A stretch of DNA of 59,643 nt. Origin: Bacteroidota bacterium (GTDB lineage Bacteria; Bacteroidota; Bacteroidia; JAADEI01). The notes beneath the pieces are model-generated. The model did no database searches. It saw nothing but the letters and a program-made list of their open reading frames with translations, and was not told the DNA's origin. The stretch lies in assembly GCA_026992635.1 (NCBI GenBank), contig JALWYU010000048.1:1-59643 (forward strand), in the 5' to 3' direction. Shown in pieces: positions 39,424-49,813 of the stretch (position 1 is the first letter of the stretch; each line of letters opens with the position of its first letter). Both the position numbers and the translations under genes were made by a program.

Positions 39424-39431
39424 CAAAGGTA
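39424..39431 (-). promoter_or_regulatory. Bacteroidota -7 promoter element TACCTTTG
   Basis: Exact TAnnTTTG match 40 bp upstream of the 39384 start codon, in the correct orientation. Confidence 0.5.
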
Positions 39432-39928
39432 CTGGACGAAAAAGGGGCGGTGCGTGACGCGGACTGCATCGTTGTTGTTGGTGGTGGTGGTGGTGTGTCA
39501 GGCAAGATCTGTGCCCTTGCTTTTTGATCAGGGAGGTGTCTGGCTTGCTGGCTATGCGAAAGCTGCTTGTGCACAATGATTTTTGTTAAGGCTGAAAATG
39601 GAGGGGGGGACCGTTGGAGATTCAGGGAGGCGGGCAGATGCAGTCAACTTTTTGCGTGTCGGAATATTAAGTTGTGGTCGGCTACGTGATTGGCTGGCGA
39701 AAAAATCATGCTGTAGGATGTGGGCTGTAGGATGTGAGGCGTGTGCAGGTACCTGTGCAGCGTCTCTGACTGTGTGTCCGTGCAATCTGTAGAAATGCGG
39801 GAGTGTGAATTCGCTGGGTGTGGCAGCGCTGATTGCTCAAACGTATTGGAGTGCAATAGGCTGTGTGCCTGCAAGCGTTGCAATCTGCGAAGAATAGCAA
39901 AAAGAGCGCTTCAAGGAAGTGCCGGGTC

Positions 39929-40633
39929 TCAGGAAGGTTTGGTGGCAGAGAATGTCCTGGCAAGTGAATCGGGTATCCAGATTTCCCACATGCCGCGCAG
40001 GTCTTTGACGCGGAAGCCAGTTGCCCGGTCTTCAGGATAGTACTTGGCGAGTGCGGTCTGGATAGGCTGAGGGATATCCCTGCCTGGTATGCCATGGCAT
40101 GTCAGGCAAAAGGGAGAAGGAATCCGAATGGGCAGGTACACGAGCCAACCCTGGAGGGAGTCGTGGTATTCGGCGACGGGCATTGGATTCTTGCCAGCGT
40201 TTACGGCTTCTAGGAAGGTCTGGAGGATTTGTCGGGCGTGTCCTTTTGCTTCGTTGTTGGGGTTGCGTGGTTTGTGTGTGAGTCGGCGGACGCGCACACC
40301 CCATTGCTGGCTAAGGCTGTCAATGATGGGAGATGCCTGAAGGTTGCAATAGCGGATGGCGTGCTCGGGCCCGGTGCGAAGGGCACGGACTACCTCCGCC
40401 TGCAGGTGCTGTGCGACGGTGCGGGCAATTTGGCGGGCGTAAAGGATGACGGAGTCGCGTACGGCTTGTGCAGAGGGTTTTTCCCTGTGGTGGAGGGCTG
40501 GTTGGGACGATGTGCTGGGTTGTGTGTCTGTGTGGTCGGCGGGTTGTTGTGGCTGGCAGCCTGCACTGAAGAGGAGCCATCCTGCCAGGACACTGATTCC
40601 TCCCGCGAGGTTTCCGGAAAAGGTTCTGGGCAT
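39929..40633 (-). CDS. DUF3365 (Tll0287-like) heme c lipoprotein
   Basis: SAGC lipobox, AIRYCN, RNPNN, CLTCHG heme motif, YPEDRATGF..DLRG. Confidence 0.85.
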   Translation of the reverse strand: MPRTFSGNLAGGISVLAGWLLFSAGCQPQQPADHTDTQPSTSSQPALHHREKPSAQAVRDSVILYARQIARTVAQHLQAEVVRALRTGPEHAIRYCNLQASPIIDSLSQQWGVRVRRLTHKPRNPNNEAKGHARQILQTFLEAVNAGKNPMPVAEYHDSLQGWLVYLPIRIPSPFCLTCHGIPGRDIPQPIQTALAKYYPEDRATGFRVKDLRGMWEIWIPDSLARTFSATKPS

Positions 40634-40645
40634 GGCTGTGAATTT

Positions 40646-41203
40646 TTAGTGGGTGCGCCATTTGATGCTGCATCCGATAGCGGGTTTTTGCTGGGGCATT
40701 GGTGGTTCGCCTTTCAGGAGGCGTTCTAAGGCTTCGCGCAGGTCGGCGCCGGTAACGGGGATTGTATTGCTGGGTCGGGAGTCGTCAAATTGTCCGTGGT
40801 AGACCAGTTTCAGGTTTTGGTCGTAGACGAAGAATTCGGGTGTGCAGACTGCCTGGTATTTTCTGGCGACGTCCTGTGTTTCGTCAAACAGGTAGGGGAA
40901 GGGCAGGTGTTTCTTCCGGACGAGCTCTATCATTTTGTCGGGTGCGTCTTCGGGATAGCGTTCTGGGTCGTTGGGGTTGATTGCGATGAAGGCGATGCCT
41001 CGTGGCTGATATTCCTGGGCAACACGGATCAACTCATCCAGGATATGTTTGACGTATGGGCAGTGGTTGCACATGAAGATGATGACGGTGCCGCGTTCGC
41101 CTTTCAGTTCGTTCAGGGTGCGCATCTGGTTGGTGGCGGGTTCCAGCAGTTCAAAGGGGATGGCAGGTGTTCCCAGTGGGAGGGTTTCGCTGGCAAGTGC
41201 CAT
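40646..41203 (-). CDS. thioredoxin-like (AhpC/TSA/redoxin) family protein
   Basis: FMCNHCPYV, YPEDAP, YLFDETQ, CTPEF, GQFDDSRP, GCSIKW; start placed at MALAS (41203). Confidence 0.9.
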   Translation of the reverse strand: MALASETLPLGTPAIPFELLEPATNQMRTLNELKGERGTVIIFMCNHCPYVKHILDELIRVAQEYQPRGIAFIAINPNDPERYPEDAPDKMIELVRKKHLPFPYLFDETQDVARKYQAVCTPEFFVYDQNLKLVYHGQFDDSRPSNTIPVTGADLREALERLLKGEPPMPQQKPAIGCSIKWRTH

Positions 41204-41313
41204 GACTCCGCTGTTTTTCAAACGGCTTTTTTGTTCCGGTAAAACCAGAAATTCTCTCCGGAAAGTTCCGTACCTTATCCTGAAAACAGGTTGCGTAAAA
41301 ACGGTGTGGAAAG

Positions 41314-43533
41314 ATGGTGCGAGTGCAGCAGGAGCGTTGGGTAGGGACGGTTGCCAATGGCTCGGGTACACCGGGGAGTACAGCCGATTTGAGGGGGGCG
41401 AGTTCAGCATCGGATACGCACGGTGCGTTGCTTGTGGAGTTTGGCGAGCTGGTATTTCATGAGGAGGCACAGCGTCAGTACTTACCGGCGTTTGCGTATG
41501 AAGCGTTGCAGGCTGTGATCCGAGGTGAGAAGGAGTTGACGCCGGAGATTGCGGATGTAGTAGCGGTGGGTATGAAGCGTTGGGCTCAGGATCGGGGTGC
41601 GACGCATTTTACGCACTGGTTTCAGCCATTGTCCGGTTCATTTGCACAGAAGCATGATACGTTTTACTGGTGGCGGAATCCTGAGGGTAAGCTCATAGAG
41701 ACGTTTTCGGGCAGGGAGTTGATTCAGCAGGAGCCGGATGCGTCCAGTTTTCCCAGTGGTGGGATTCGGAGTACGTTTGAGGCGCGTGGGTATACGGCGT
41801 GGGATCCGACGAGTCCGGTGTTTATTTTAGCCACGGGAGGTACGCGTACGTTGTGCATTCCGTCGGTGTTTATTTCGTACACGGGAGAGGCGCTGGATTA
41901 CAAGACGCCGTTATTGAAGTCCATAGATGCGTTAGAGAAGCGGGCGTTACCGATTGTTCGGTTGTTTTATCCGGAGGTGAAACGTGTTTATCCGACGCTG
42001 GGTTGGGAGCAGGAGTTTTTCCTGATTGATGAGGAGTTGTATTTGAGTCGTCCGGATCTGGTGCTGGCGGGCAGGACGCTGCTGGGTGCGTTGCCTCCGA
42101 AGGGTCAGCAGCTGGAGGATCATTACTTTGCGGCGATTCCGGATCGGGTTTTGGCGTTTTTGGCGGAGGTGGAGCGGGAGTGTGCGCGGGTTGGGATTCC
42201 GTTGCGTACGCGTCACAATGAGGTTGCACCTTCGCAGTATGAGTGTGCGCCGTGGTTTGAGCATGCGAACATATCCAATGATCACAATCAGCTTTTGATG
42301 GATTTGATGGATCGGGTTGCGCGTCGTCATGGGTTGCGTGTGGTTTTTCATGAGAAGCCGTTTGCGGGGATCAATGGTTCGGGGAAGCACAGTAACTGGT
42401 CGTTGATGACGGATACGGGCTTGAATTTGTTTGCGCCGGGTGAGTCGCCGCGTGAGAATTTGCTCTTTCTGGTCTTTTTTGTGAACATGTTGAAGGCGGC
42501 GAATGATTGGGAGGATTTGATTCGGGCGTCCATTGCTACGGAGGGGAATGATTTGCGGTTGGGTGGTCATGAGGCGCCACCGGCAATCATTTCGGTGTAC
42601 ATTGGTGAGGAGATGGAGAAGGTTTTGCAGACTTTGAAGGAGGCGCGGGCGTTGCGTGCTTCCAGTCGTGAGAAGCTCACGTTAAAGATTCATGCGCAGA
42701 TTCCGCGTGTGTTTCTGGACTATACGGATCGGAATCGGACGAGTCCTTTAGCGTTTACGGGGAATAAGTTTGAGTTGCGAGGTGTGGGGGCGAATATGAA
42801 TTGTGCGCAGGCGCTTACGGTATTGAATACGATTTTGGCGGGTCAGCTGGAAGTTTTCTATGAGGAGTTGCAGCGGGAGATGAAGAAGCGAGAGATGGAG
42901 ACGGCGATTTTGCGGATTTTGTCGGAATATGTTTCTGCGAGTGAACGGATCATTTTCAATGGGGATAATTACAGCAGGGAGTGGGTGGAGGAGGCGGCGC
43001 GTCGTGGTTTGTCGCATTTTCGGACGACGCCCGAGGCACTCCAGGTATACAGGAAGAAGGAGGTGTGTGCGTTGTTTGAGCGGTTGGGTGTGTTGACGGA
43101 GCGTGAGAACCATGCGCGGTATGTGGTACGGATGGAGCGGTACGTTCGGTCTGTGGCGATTGAGGTGCGCACGTTCATAGAGTTGTGTTATCAGTATGTG
43201 TTGCCTGCTGGGGTTCGCTGGCTTAAGGAGCTGGAATCGTCGTCTGCAGGGATGGATAGGGTGGCTGGTCGGTTGTCTGCGATTCTGGCGGAGTTACCTG
43301 GTCAGCTGGAGGCACTGGAAGAGGCGTTGCGTGCTGGCGAGTCGCAGATGGAAGAGGATCTGGAGGGGAGTGCATTGCGTTTTGCGCGAGAGATTCGTCC
43401 ACGGATGGAGGCGATTCGTGCGAAGGTTGACGAGCTGGAGCAGTTGTTGCCAGCGGATTTGTGGCGGTTGCCGCGCATTTATGAGTTGTTGCATGTTCAG
43501 AGGAGGAACCCTTTGCGTCGTGAATGTGTTTAA
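41314..43533 (+). CDS. glnA: glutamine synthetase type III
   Basis: THFTHWFQP, EPDASSFPSGG, GWEQEFF, HNEVAP, HEKPF..NGSGKH, DRNRTSP, NKFE.R. Confidence 0.95.
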   Translation: MVRVQQERWVGTVANGSGTPGSTADLRGASSASDTHGALLVEFGELVFHEEAQRQYLPAFAYEALQAVIRGEKELTPEIADVVAVGMKRWAQDRGATHFTHWFQPLSGSFAQKHDTFYWWRNPEGKLIETFSGRELIQQEPDASSFPSGGIRSTFEARGYTAWDPTSPVFILATGGTRTLCIPSVFISYTGEALDYKTPLLKSIDALEKRALPIVRLFYPEVKRVYPTLGWEQEFFLIDEELYLSRPDLVLAGRTLLGALPPKGQQLEDHYFAAIPDRVLAFLAEVERECARVGIPLRTRHNEVAPSQYECAPWFEHANISNDHNQLLMDLMDRVARRHGLRVVFHEKPFAGINGSGKHSNWSLMTDTGLNLFAPGESPRENLLFLVFFVNMLKAANDWEDLIRASIATEGNDLRLGGHEAPPAIISVYIGEEMEKVLQTLKEARALRASSREKLTLKIHAQIPRVFLDYTDRNRTSPLAFTGNKFELRGVGANMNCAQALTVLNTILAGQLEVFYEELQREMKKREMETAILRILSEYVSASERIIFNGDNYSREWVEEAARRGLSHFRTTPEALQVYRKKEVCALFERLGVLTERENHARYVVRMERYVRSVAIEVRTFIELCYQYVLPAGVRWLKELESSSAGMDRVAGRLSAILAELPGQLEALEEALRAGESQMEEDLEGSALRFAREIRPRMEAIRAKVDELEQLLPADLWRLPRIYELLHVQRRNPLRRECV

Positions 43534-43552
43534 AAAGTTGAAAGGAGAGGTT

Positions 43553-43636
43553 GCCGGGATGGCGGAACTGGCAGACGCGGGAGACTCAAAATCTCCTGCC
43601 CTTCGGGGCGTGCGGGTTCGACTCCCGCTCCCGGCA
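43553..43636 (+). tRNA. tRNA-Leu (CAA)
   Basis: GCCGGGATGGCGGAACTGGCAGACGCG-GGAGA-CTCAAAA-TCTCC, long variable arm GCCCTTCGGGGC, GGTTCGACTCC. Confidence 0.97.
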
Positions 43637-43738
43637 CGGTTTTTTTTACCCGGTTGTGGGTATTGGGGCTTTTGGTCGGGCGGAATGGTTTGAGGCGATA
43701 GGCATCTTGAAGGTTCAGTAGAAAGCGCCGGGGGAGAG

Positions 43739-44728
43739 ATGTCGTACAGGAAAAGGGGGATTTATATTGCGGTGGATGGGAAGCGGCTGGTTGTTCGTCG
43801 GTGGCGTCGTCGTCGGTTGCTGGCGGGCGTTGCTTTGATGTTTTTTCTTGTGGGTTTTGGCTGTGCGCTGGGTGTGGTTTGGTTGACGCCCTGGGTGCGT
43901 CAGTACTGGTTTGCGCAGTTGAATCGTCGGATTGCGGTTCAGCAAGCGGAGCTGGACACGTTGAAGGCTGTAGTTCGTCGGCTGGAGGGTGATTTGTACC
44001 GGTTGCATGCGATCAGTGATAGTGTGTACTGGGTGCTGGTAGGACGGTCGGAGCCGCCTTCCACGGATGGGGCACTACCTATTCATACTGGGGGTTCGCC
44101 TTATAGTGTTCATCCGCCGTTGGCGGAGGTGAGCTGGCAGGATGCGGTGTCTTGGTTGCGTGTTCGGATTGCGCAGTTGCGCGAAGCGATTCGGTATCAG
44201 AAGTCGGAGTATATGCGGATTGTGGAGGCGGCGCGTGCGCATGAGGAGTCGTTGCGGTACATTCCTGCGATTCAGCCGGTGGATAATCGCATGTTGATAC
44301 GGATTGCTTCGGGTTTTGGTTATCGGATTGATCCTTTTTATGGTGTGCGCAAGATGCATTATGGGATTGATTTTTCGTGTCCGCGAGGTACGCCGGTATA
44401 TGCGACGGCGGATGGAGTTGTAGAGCAGGTGAAGTACAGTCGTCGTGGTTATGGCATTCACATTATTATTGACCATGGGAATGGGTACAAGACGTTGTAT
44501 GCGCATTTGAGTCGGGTGTTTGTTCGGGAGGGTGAGCGCGTTCGTCGTGGTCAGAAGATTGGTGCAGTGGGTTCAACGGGTAAGTCTACGGCCCCTCACC
44601 TGCACTATGAGGTGTGGTATCGGGGCGAGAAGGTGAATCCGATATACTATTTCTTTGGTGATTTGACGCCGCGCGAGTATGCGCAGATTGTTGCGCGGGC
44701 GAATCAGACGGAGCGTTCCTTGGACTGA
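43739..44728 (+). CDS. M23-family metallopeptidase
   Basis: TM helix and coiled coil; HYGIDF, YAHLS, GSTGKSTAPHLHYEV. Confidence 0.93.
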   Translation: MSYRKRGIYIAVDGKRLVVRRWRRRRLLAGVALMFFLVGFGCALGVVWLTPWVRQYWFAQLNRRIAVQQAELDTLKAVVRRLEGDLYRLHAISDSVYWVLVGRSEPPSTDGALPIHTGGSPYSVHPPLAEVSWQDAVSWLRVRIAQLREAIRYQKSEYMRIVEAARAHEESLRYIPAIQPVDNRMLIRIASGFGYRIDPFYGVRKMHYGIDFSCPRGTPVYATADGVVEQVKYSRRGYGIHIIIDHGNGYKTLYAHLSRVFVREGERVRRGQKIGAVGSTGKSTAPHLHYEVWYRGEKVNPIYYFFGDLTPREYAQIVARANQTERSLD

Positions 44729-46275
44729 TGGATTCGTCGTTTCCGCGGATTCTGGTTGTGGATTTGGGTTCGCAGTACACGCAGTTGATTGCGCGGCGTC
44801 TTCGTGAGTTTAACGTTTATGCGGAGATTGTGTTGCCGGAGGATGTGGAGCGTTGTTTGACTTCTAAGGGGGTGTATGGGCTGGTGTTGTCTGGGAGTCC
44901 GTATTCGGTGTATGATTCGGATGTTCCGGCGTTGGGAGAAGGGGTAGTGGGTCGTGTTCCGGTTTTGGGGATTTGTTTTGGTGCGCAGTGGTTGGCACAT
45001 CGGTTTGGGGGAGAAGTGGTTCGTTCGGAGCGTCGTGAGTTTGGACCGGCGTACATTCGTGAGGTGGAGGGGTCGGATCCGTTGCTGGGCTGGGTTCGTG
45101 TGCCTTGGCGTGTGTGGATGTCGCACAGTGATACGATTCGGTCGTTGCCTTCGGGTTGGGAGGCGTTAGCGTATACGTCTGAGGGGGTATTGGCTGTGTT
45201 TCGTGGTGAGGTGGGAGGTGTGCCGGTGTATGGCGTGCAATTTCATCCGGAGGTTTCGCACACGGAGGATGGGCAATTGCTTCTGTATCATTTTGCGCGG
45301 GATTTATGTGGATGTCCGGCGGTGTGGACGCCCGAGCATTTTGTAGATCGTGCGGTTCGTATGATTCGTGAGCGGGTTCCTGAGGATGAGGAAGTGGTGA
45401 TGGCGTTGTCGGGCGGTGTGGATTCTACGGTGGCGGCGGTGTTGATTCATCGGGCTGTGGGTAAGCGTTTTCATGGGATTTTTGTGGATACGGGTTTGAT
45501 GCGCAAGAACGAGGCGGAGGAGGTGCTCAGTGCTTTGCGTGGTTTGGGATTACCGGTTGTGCGTGTGGATGCTTCGGATCGGTTTTTTGGTGCGTTGCGT
45601 GGTGTGGTGGATCCTGAGGAGAAGCGCCGGCGTATTGGTGAGGTGTTCATTCGTGTGTTTGAGGAGGCGACGCGTGGTTTGGAGCGAGTTCGGTGGTTGG
45701 GTCAGGGCACGATTTATCCGGATGTGATTGAGTCGGCGGGTACGCGTTATGCGCGTAAGATCAAGTCGCATCACAATGTGGGGGGCTTGCCGGATCGGTT
45801 ACCGTTTCGGTTGATAGAGCCGTTACGGGAGTTGTTCAAGGATGAGGTTCGTCGTGTTGGCGAGTATTTGGGAATACCGGAGGCGTTGCTGATGCGTCAT
45901 CCGTTTCCGGGTCCGGGTTTGGCGATCCGTGTTGTGGGTGAGGTTACGCCGGAGAAGGTTCGGTTAGTTCGGGAAGCCGATGCGATTTTCATTCAGGTGC
46001 TCAAAGAGGAGGGGTATTATGATCAGGTTTGGCAGGCGGGTGCGATTCTTCTGCCGATTCGGACGGTGGGTGTGATGGGTGATGTGCGTACGTATGAGTA
46101 TGCGGTGTGTTTGCGTGCGGTGGTTTCCCGGGATGGGATGACGGCGGATTGGGCGCGTCTTCCGTATGGTTTGCTGGAGAAGGTGGCGCGTCGGATTGTG
46201 AATGAGGTGTCGGGTATCAATCGTGTGGTGTACGATTTGACGTCCAAGCCGCCGGGCACGATAGAGTGGGAATGA
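44728..46275 (+). CDS. guaA: GMP synthase (glutamine-hydrolysing)
   Basis: DLGSQYTQLI, GICFG, QFHPEV, LSGGVDS, KSHHNVGG, KPPGTIEWE. Confidence 0.98.
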   Translation: MDSSFPRILVVDLGSQYTQLIARRLREFNVYAEIVLPEDVERCLTSKGVYGLVLSGSPYSVYDSDVPALGEGVVGRVPVLGICFGAQWLAHRFGGEVVRSERREFGPAYIREVEGSDPLLGWVRVPWRVWMSHSDTIRSLPSGWEALAYTSEGVLAVFRGEVGGVPVYGVQFHPEVSHTEDGQLLLYHFARDLCGCPAVWTPEHFVDRAVRMIRERVPEDEEVVMALSGGVDSTVAAVLIHRAVGKRFHGIFVDTGLMRKNEAEEVLSALRGLGLPVVRVDASDRFFGALRGVVDPEEKRRRIGEVFIRVFEEATRGLERVRWLGQGTIYPDVIESAGTRYARKIKSHHNVGGLPDRLPFRLIEPLRELFKDEVRRVGEYLGIPEALLMRHPFPGPGLAIRVVGEVTPEKVRLVREADAIFIQVLKEEGYYDQVWQAGAILLPIRTVGVMGDVRTYEYAVCLRAVVSRDGMTADWARLPYGLLEKVARRIVNEVSGINRVVYDLTSKPPGTIEWE

Positions 46276-46339
46276 AAAAAATGAACTTTTGAGAGGGATG
46301 GTTTGTTTTTGTTGCTAAGGTGAAAAGGGGGTTGGCGTC

Positions 46340-46870
46340 ATGGTGCGTATTCTGTATGTTTGTTTGGGGAATATTTGTCGTTCGCCCATGGCTGTCGCGG
46401 TTTCGCGGCGTTTGGCTGGTGAGCGGGGTTTGGCTTGGGAATTTACTTCTGCGGGTCTGGATCGTTATCATGAGGGTGCGCCGGTGGATAGTCGTGTGCG
46501 TCAGGTGATGGAGAAGTATGGATATGATCTTTCGGGGCATCGTGCGCGGGTGTTGACGCCGAGGATGGTGAAGTCTGCCACGTATGTGGTTGCGATGGAG
46601 CCGGTGTTGATTGAGGGGATTCGTCGTCGTGCGGGTGGTTGGCGTGGGATTGGCAAGCGTGTGGTGCATATGGGTATGTTTTTGCCTGGGCATCCGGAGG
46701 GTGTGCCTGACCCGTATTTTTCTGAGGGTTTAGAGGCGTTTGAAGAGGTGTACCGGTTGTTAGAGGAGGGTGTTCCGCGGTTGCTGGATTGGGTTGCTGA
46801 GCGTGTTGGGGTTGAGAAATCCGGGAGTGCTGGTGGGGAAAGCGTCGGTGGTTCGGGCTCGTCGGGTTGA
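46340..46870 (+). CDS. low-molecular-weight protein-tyrosine phosphatase
   Basis: VCLGNICRSP P-loop and VPDPY. Confidence 0.93.
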   Translation: MVRILYVCLGNICRSPMAVAVSRRLAGERGLAWEFTSAGLDRYHEGAPVDSRVRQVMEKYGYDLSGHRARVLTPRMVKSATYVVAMEPVLIEGIRRRAGGWRGIGKRVVHMGMFLPGHPEGVPDPYFSEGLEAFEEVYRLLEEGVPRLLDWVAERVGVEKSGSAGGESVGGSGSSG

Positions 46871-48218
46871 ACCGTTGTTGCCTGCGGGTGTTCGGGATTG
46901 GTTTGGCAGGCGGTTAGCGGTACGTCGCTGGTTTGTCAGTCAGCTGGAGACGTTGTTTCGTTCATGTGGGTATGTTCCGCTGGAGACGCCTGCGCTTGAG
47001 CGGCTGGAGGTTTTGCTTGCCAAGTATGGTGAGGAGGCGTCCAAGTTGATTTTTCGGATTTTGCATTCTGGGGATTTTACGGAGCATGTGGATGAGGGGG
47101 CGTGGTTAGCGAAGGACTGGCGTCGTTTAGCCAATCAGATTGCGGATAAGGGGTTGCGTTATGATTTGACGGTGCCGTTAGCGCGGTTTGTGGCGCGGCA
47201 TTATCATGAGCTGGCGTTTCCGTTTCGCCGGTATCAGATTCAGCCGGTGTGGCGTGCTGAGCGTCCGCAGCGTGGTCGCTTTCGTGAATTTTTGCAGTGT
47301 GACTTTGACATTTTGGGTACGGAGTCGGAGGAGGCGGATGCGGAGGTATTGTGGATTTTGGAGGAGGGTTTTCAACGGTTGGGGCTTTCGGATTTTGAGA
47401 TTGTGGTGAATGATCGGCGTCTTCTGGAGGATTTATTGAGTCGGTGTGGGCTTTCTTCTCTGTTTCAGACGGTATGTACGGTGCTGGACAAGGTGGATAA
47501 GGTGGGGGTGCGTGTGGTTCGTGAGGAGCTGGAGCGCTTATCTATTTCTTCGGAGGCGCGGGATGCCCTTTTCCGCTATCTGGAAGTTGGGCACTTAGAG
47601 GAGTTACGTGGTTCGGGTCTGGTGGGTGAGGCGTCTGTGGAGTCATTCATGGCGTTGCTGGAGCTTGCACGTTCGCTGGGCGTAGAGCACATCCGGTGGG
47701 ATCCGTTTTTGGTTCGGGGTCTGGATTATTATACGGGGATGGTGTGTGAGGTGCGACTGGTGGGTAGGGGGGTGGGTTCGGTTGCGGGTGGTGGTCGTTA
47801 TGATCGGTTGACGGAGACGTTCAGTGAGTGGAATGTACCGGGGGTGGGTGCGTCGTTTGGGATTGACCGGCTGGTGGATGCGGTGGTGGATGAGGTGGAA
47901 GTTCCGGATGAGTGGCAGGTGCATGCTGGGGTTGTGGTGTTTGACCGGGAGTTGTTTTCTGAGGTTTGGCGTGAGGTGAGTGGTTGGCGTCGTGCGTATT
48001 TGGGGTTGCGTGTAGAAGTTTTGCCGCCGATGCGTTTGAAAAAAGCGTTGCGCGTTCTGGACAAGAAAGGGATTCCGTTTGCGATTTTGTGTGGTTCGGA
48101 GGAGTTAAGTGGGGGTCGGTGGACGGTTCGGGACATGCGAACAGGAGAGCAGGTTGTTCTATCGCCTGAGGCAATTCCTGAATATTTACTGAAGACCTTG
48201 AAGGGCAGAAAAGCGTAG
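46827..48218 (+). CDS. hisS: histidine--tRNA ligase
   Basis: GVRD, LRYDLTVPLAR, RYQIQPVWRAERPQRGRFREF.QCD, LVRGLDYYTG, GGGRYD; GTG start estimated. Confidence 0.96.
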   Translation: MLVGKASVVRARRVEPLLPAGVRDWFGRRLAVRRWFVSQLETLFRSCGYVPLETPALERLEVLLAKYGEEASKLIFRILHSGDFTEHVDEGAWLAKDWRRLANQIADKGLRYDLTVPLARFVARHYHELAFPFRRYQIQPVWRAERPQRGRFREFLQCDFDILGTESEEADAEVLWILEEGFQRLGLSDFEIVVNDRRLLEDLLSRCGLSSLFQTVCTVLDKVDKVGVRVVREELERLSISSEARDALFRYLEVGHLEELRGSGLVGEASVESFMALLELARSLGVEHIRWDPFLVRGLDYYTGMVCEVRLVGRGVGSVAGGGRYDRLTETFSEWNVPGVGASFGIDRLVDAVVDEVEVPDEWQVHAGVVVFDRELFSEVWREVSGWRRAYLGLRVEVLPPMRLKKALRVLDKKGIPFAILCGSEELSGGRWTVRDMRTGEQVVLSPEAIPEYLLKTLKGRKA

Positions 48219-48242
48219 GGGGTTCATGATGCTGGTTAAAAG

Positions 48243-49259
48243 ATGAATCGGTGGCGTTCGTTTTTGCTGCAGATTCTTTTTTTGGGTTTAGGGCTTGTGT
48301 TTTTGTATCTGGCGTTTCGTGGCATTGATTTGCGTTCGTTTTTTTCGGGGTATCGGGATGTGGGGTGGCACTGGGTGGTTTTGAGTATGGTGGTGGGTGC
48401 ACTGAGTCACTGGCTACGAGGTGTGCGCTGGCGGTTATTGCTGGAGCGCACCAGTTCTTATCGGTTGCCCACGCGTGATGCATTCTTTGCTGTGATGGCC
48501 GGGTATTTTTTCAATATTTTGTTTCCGCGGGCGGGTGAGGTGATTCGGTGTACCTTAGTGGGTCGTCTTCATCGGATTCCCATCATCTATTTGTTTGGTA
48601 CGGTGCTTGCGGAGCGCATAGTGGATATGTTGTTGCTGGTGGTGTTGATAGGGGTTACGCTGGGTTTTCAATGGGAGTTGCTGGGTCCGTTTGTTCAGTC
48701 GCGGGTACTGTTGCCGATGCTGTCGGGTATTCGTGGTGGTGGGGTTGTCGGGATTGGTTTGGCGGTGGGAGTTTTTCTGATTGTTGTTGTTGCTGTTGTG
48801 GTTGTTTTGCTGGTGTGGTCTCGTCGTTCTTTTCGGATGCGTCGGTGGCTGGTTCGTGTTCGTCGTGCGCTTCGTCAATTTCGTTATGGTTTGGCGACGG
48901 TGATTCGGTTGCCGTTGCGTGTTCAGGTGGTTTTCTGGCTGGAGACGGTGTTGATCTGGTTGGCGTATGTTTTGATGACGTATTTGCCGGCGCGGGGTTT
49001 TCCGCCCACGTCGGGTTTTACGGTTGAGGAGACGCTGGGCGTGTTTGTGTATGGGGCATTGGGGATTGTTGCGCCGGTTCAGGGCGGGTTGGGCACGTAT
49101 CACTGGCTGGTTTTACAGGCGATGTTGCTGTATGGGTATACGAAGGCGGTGGGTTTACAGCTGGCAACGCTCATTCATACCAGTCAACTTCTCATGATTA
49201 CCTTATTAGGAGGAATTGCGTGGCTATGGCTGAGTCTACGGATTTCGCGGCATCGGTGA
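48243..49259 (+). CDS. lysylphosphatidylglycerol synthase TM / flippase-like (UPF0104) membrane protein
   Basis: RGVRW, GYFFN..PRAGEVIR, ERIVD, PVQGGLGTYH; multiple TM helices. Confidence 0.85.
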   Translation: MNRWRSFLLQILFLGLGLVFLYLAFRGIDLRSFFSGYRDVGWHWVVLSMVVGALSHWLRGVRWRLLLERTSSYRLPTRDAFFAVMAGYFFNILFPRAGEVIRCTLVGRLHRIPIIYLFGTVLAERIVDMLLLVVLIGVTLGFQWELLGPFVQSRVLLPMLSGIRGGGVVGIGLAVGVFLIVVVAVVVVLLVWSRRSFRMRRWLVRVRRALRQFRYGLATVIRLPLRVQVVFWLETVLIWLAYVLMTYLPARGFPPTSGFTVEETLGVFVYGALGIVAPVQGGLGTYHWLVLQAMLLYGYTKAVGLQLATLIHTSQLLMITLLGGIAWLWLSLRISRHR

Positions 49260-49261
49260 AG

Positions 49262-49807
49262 ATGTGGCAGACTGGTGAGGGGAAGTTACCGCGGAAGGAC
49301 TGGCAGACGCTGGTTGAATCACGGATTTTAAGTGAAGAGTCGTTGAAGCGGCATGTGGCGATCTGGAAGTTTTTTCGGAAGCGGATTGTGTTCACGAATG
49401 GGTGTTTTGATGTGTTTCATTATGGGCACTGGGTGTTGTTGACGCGTGCGCGGGGTTTGGGTGATGTTTTGGTGGTGGCGGTGAATTCGGATGATTCGGT
49501 TCGTCGGTTGAAGGGAGAGGGGCGCCCGGTGTTTCCTGAGGAGTTTCGTGTGCGGCTTCTTGCGAGTTTTGTGTTTGTGGATGCGGTAGTGGTGTTTGAA
49601 GAGGATACGCCTGATCGGTTGATCCGGTTGGTTCGTCCGGATGTTTTAGTGAAGGGTTCGGATTATGCGGAGGAAGAAATTGTTGGTGCGGAGTTTGTAC
49701 GTTCTTATGGGGGAGAGGTGGTTCGGTTACCGGTGGTGGAGGGGTGGAGTACGACGGAGTTGATTCGTCGTATTCGGGAGGGGGATGGGAGGGAGAAAAT
49801 GGGATGA
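49262..49807 (+). CDS. rfaE2: D-glycero-beta-D-manno-heptose 1-phosphate adenylyltransferase (HldE domain II-like)
   Basis: VFTNGCFDVFHYGH, NSDDSVRRLKG..RP, PDVLVKGSDY, STT. Confidence 0.9.
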   Translation: MWQTGEGKLPRKDWQTLVESRILSEESLKRHVAIWKFFRKRIVFTNGCFDVFHYGHWVLLTRARGLGDVLVVAVNSDDSVRRLKGEGRPVFPEEFRVRLLASFVFVDAVVVFEEDTPDRLIRLVRPDVLVKGSDYAEEEIVGAEFVRSYGGEVVRLPVVEGWSTTELIRRIREGDGREKMG

Positions 49808-49813
49808 GGAGCC

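Noticed and set aside
39741-40040. Cys-rich small ORF (possible metallothionein or RiPP)
   Set aside because: Cys codons are expected from TG-rich DNA, it overlaps the DUF3365 gene, and no modifying enzymes are nearby.
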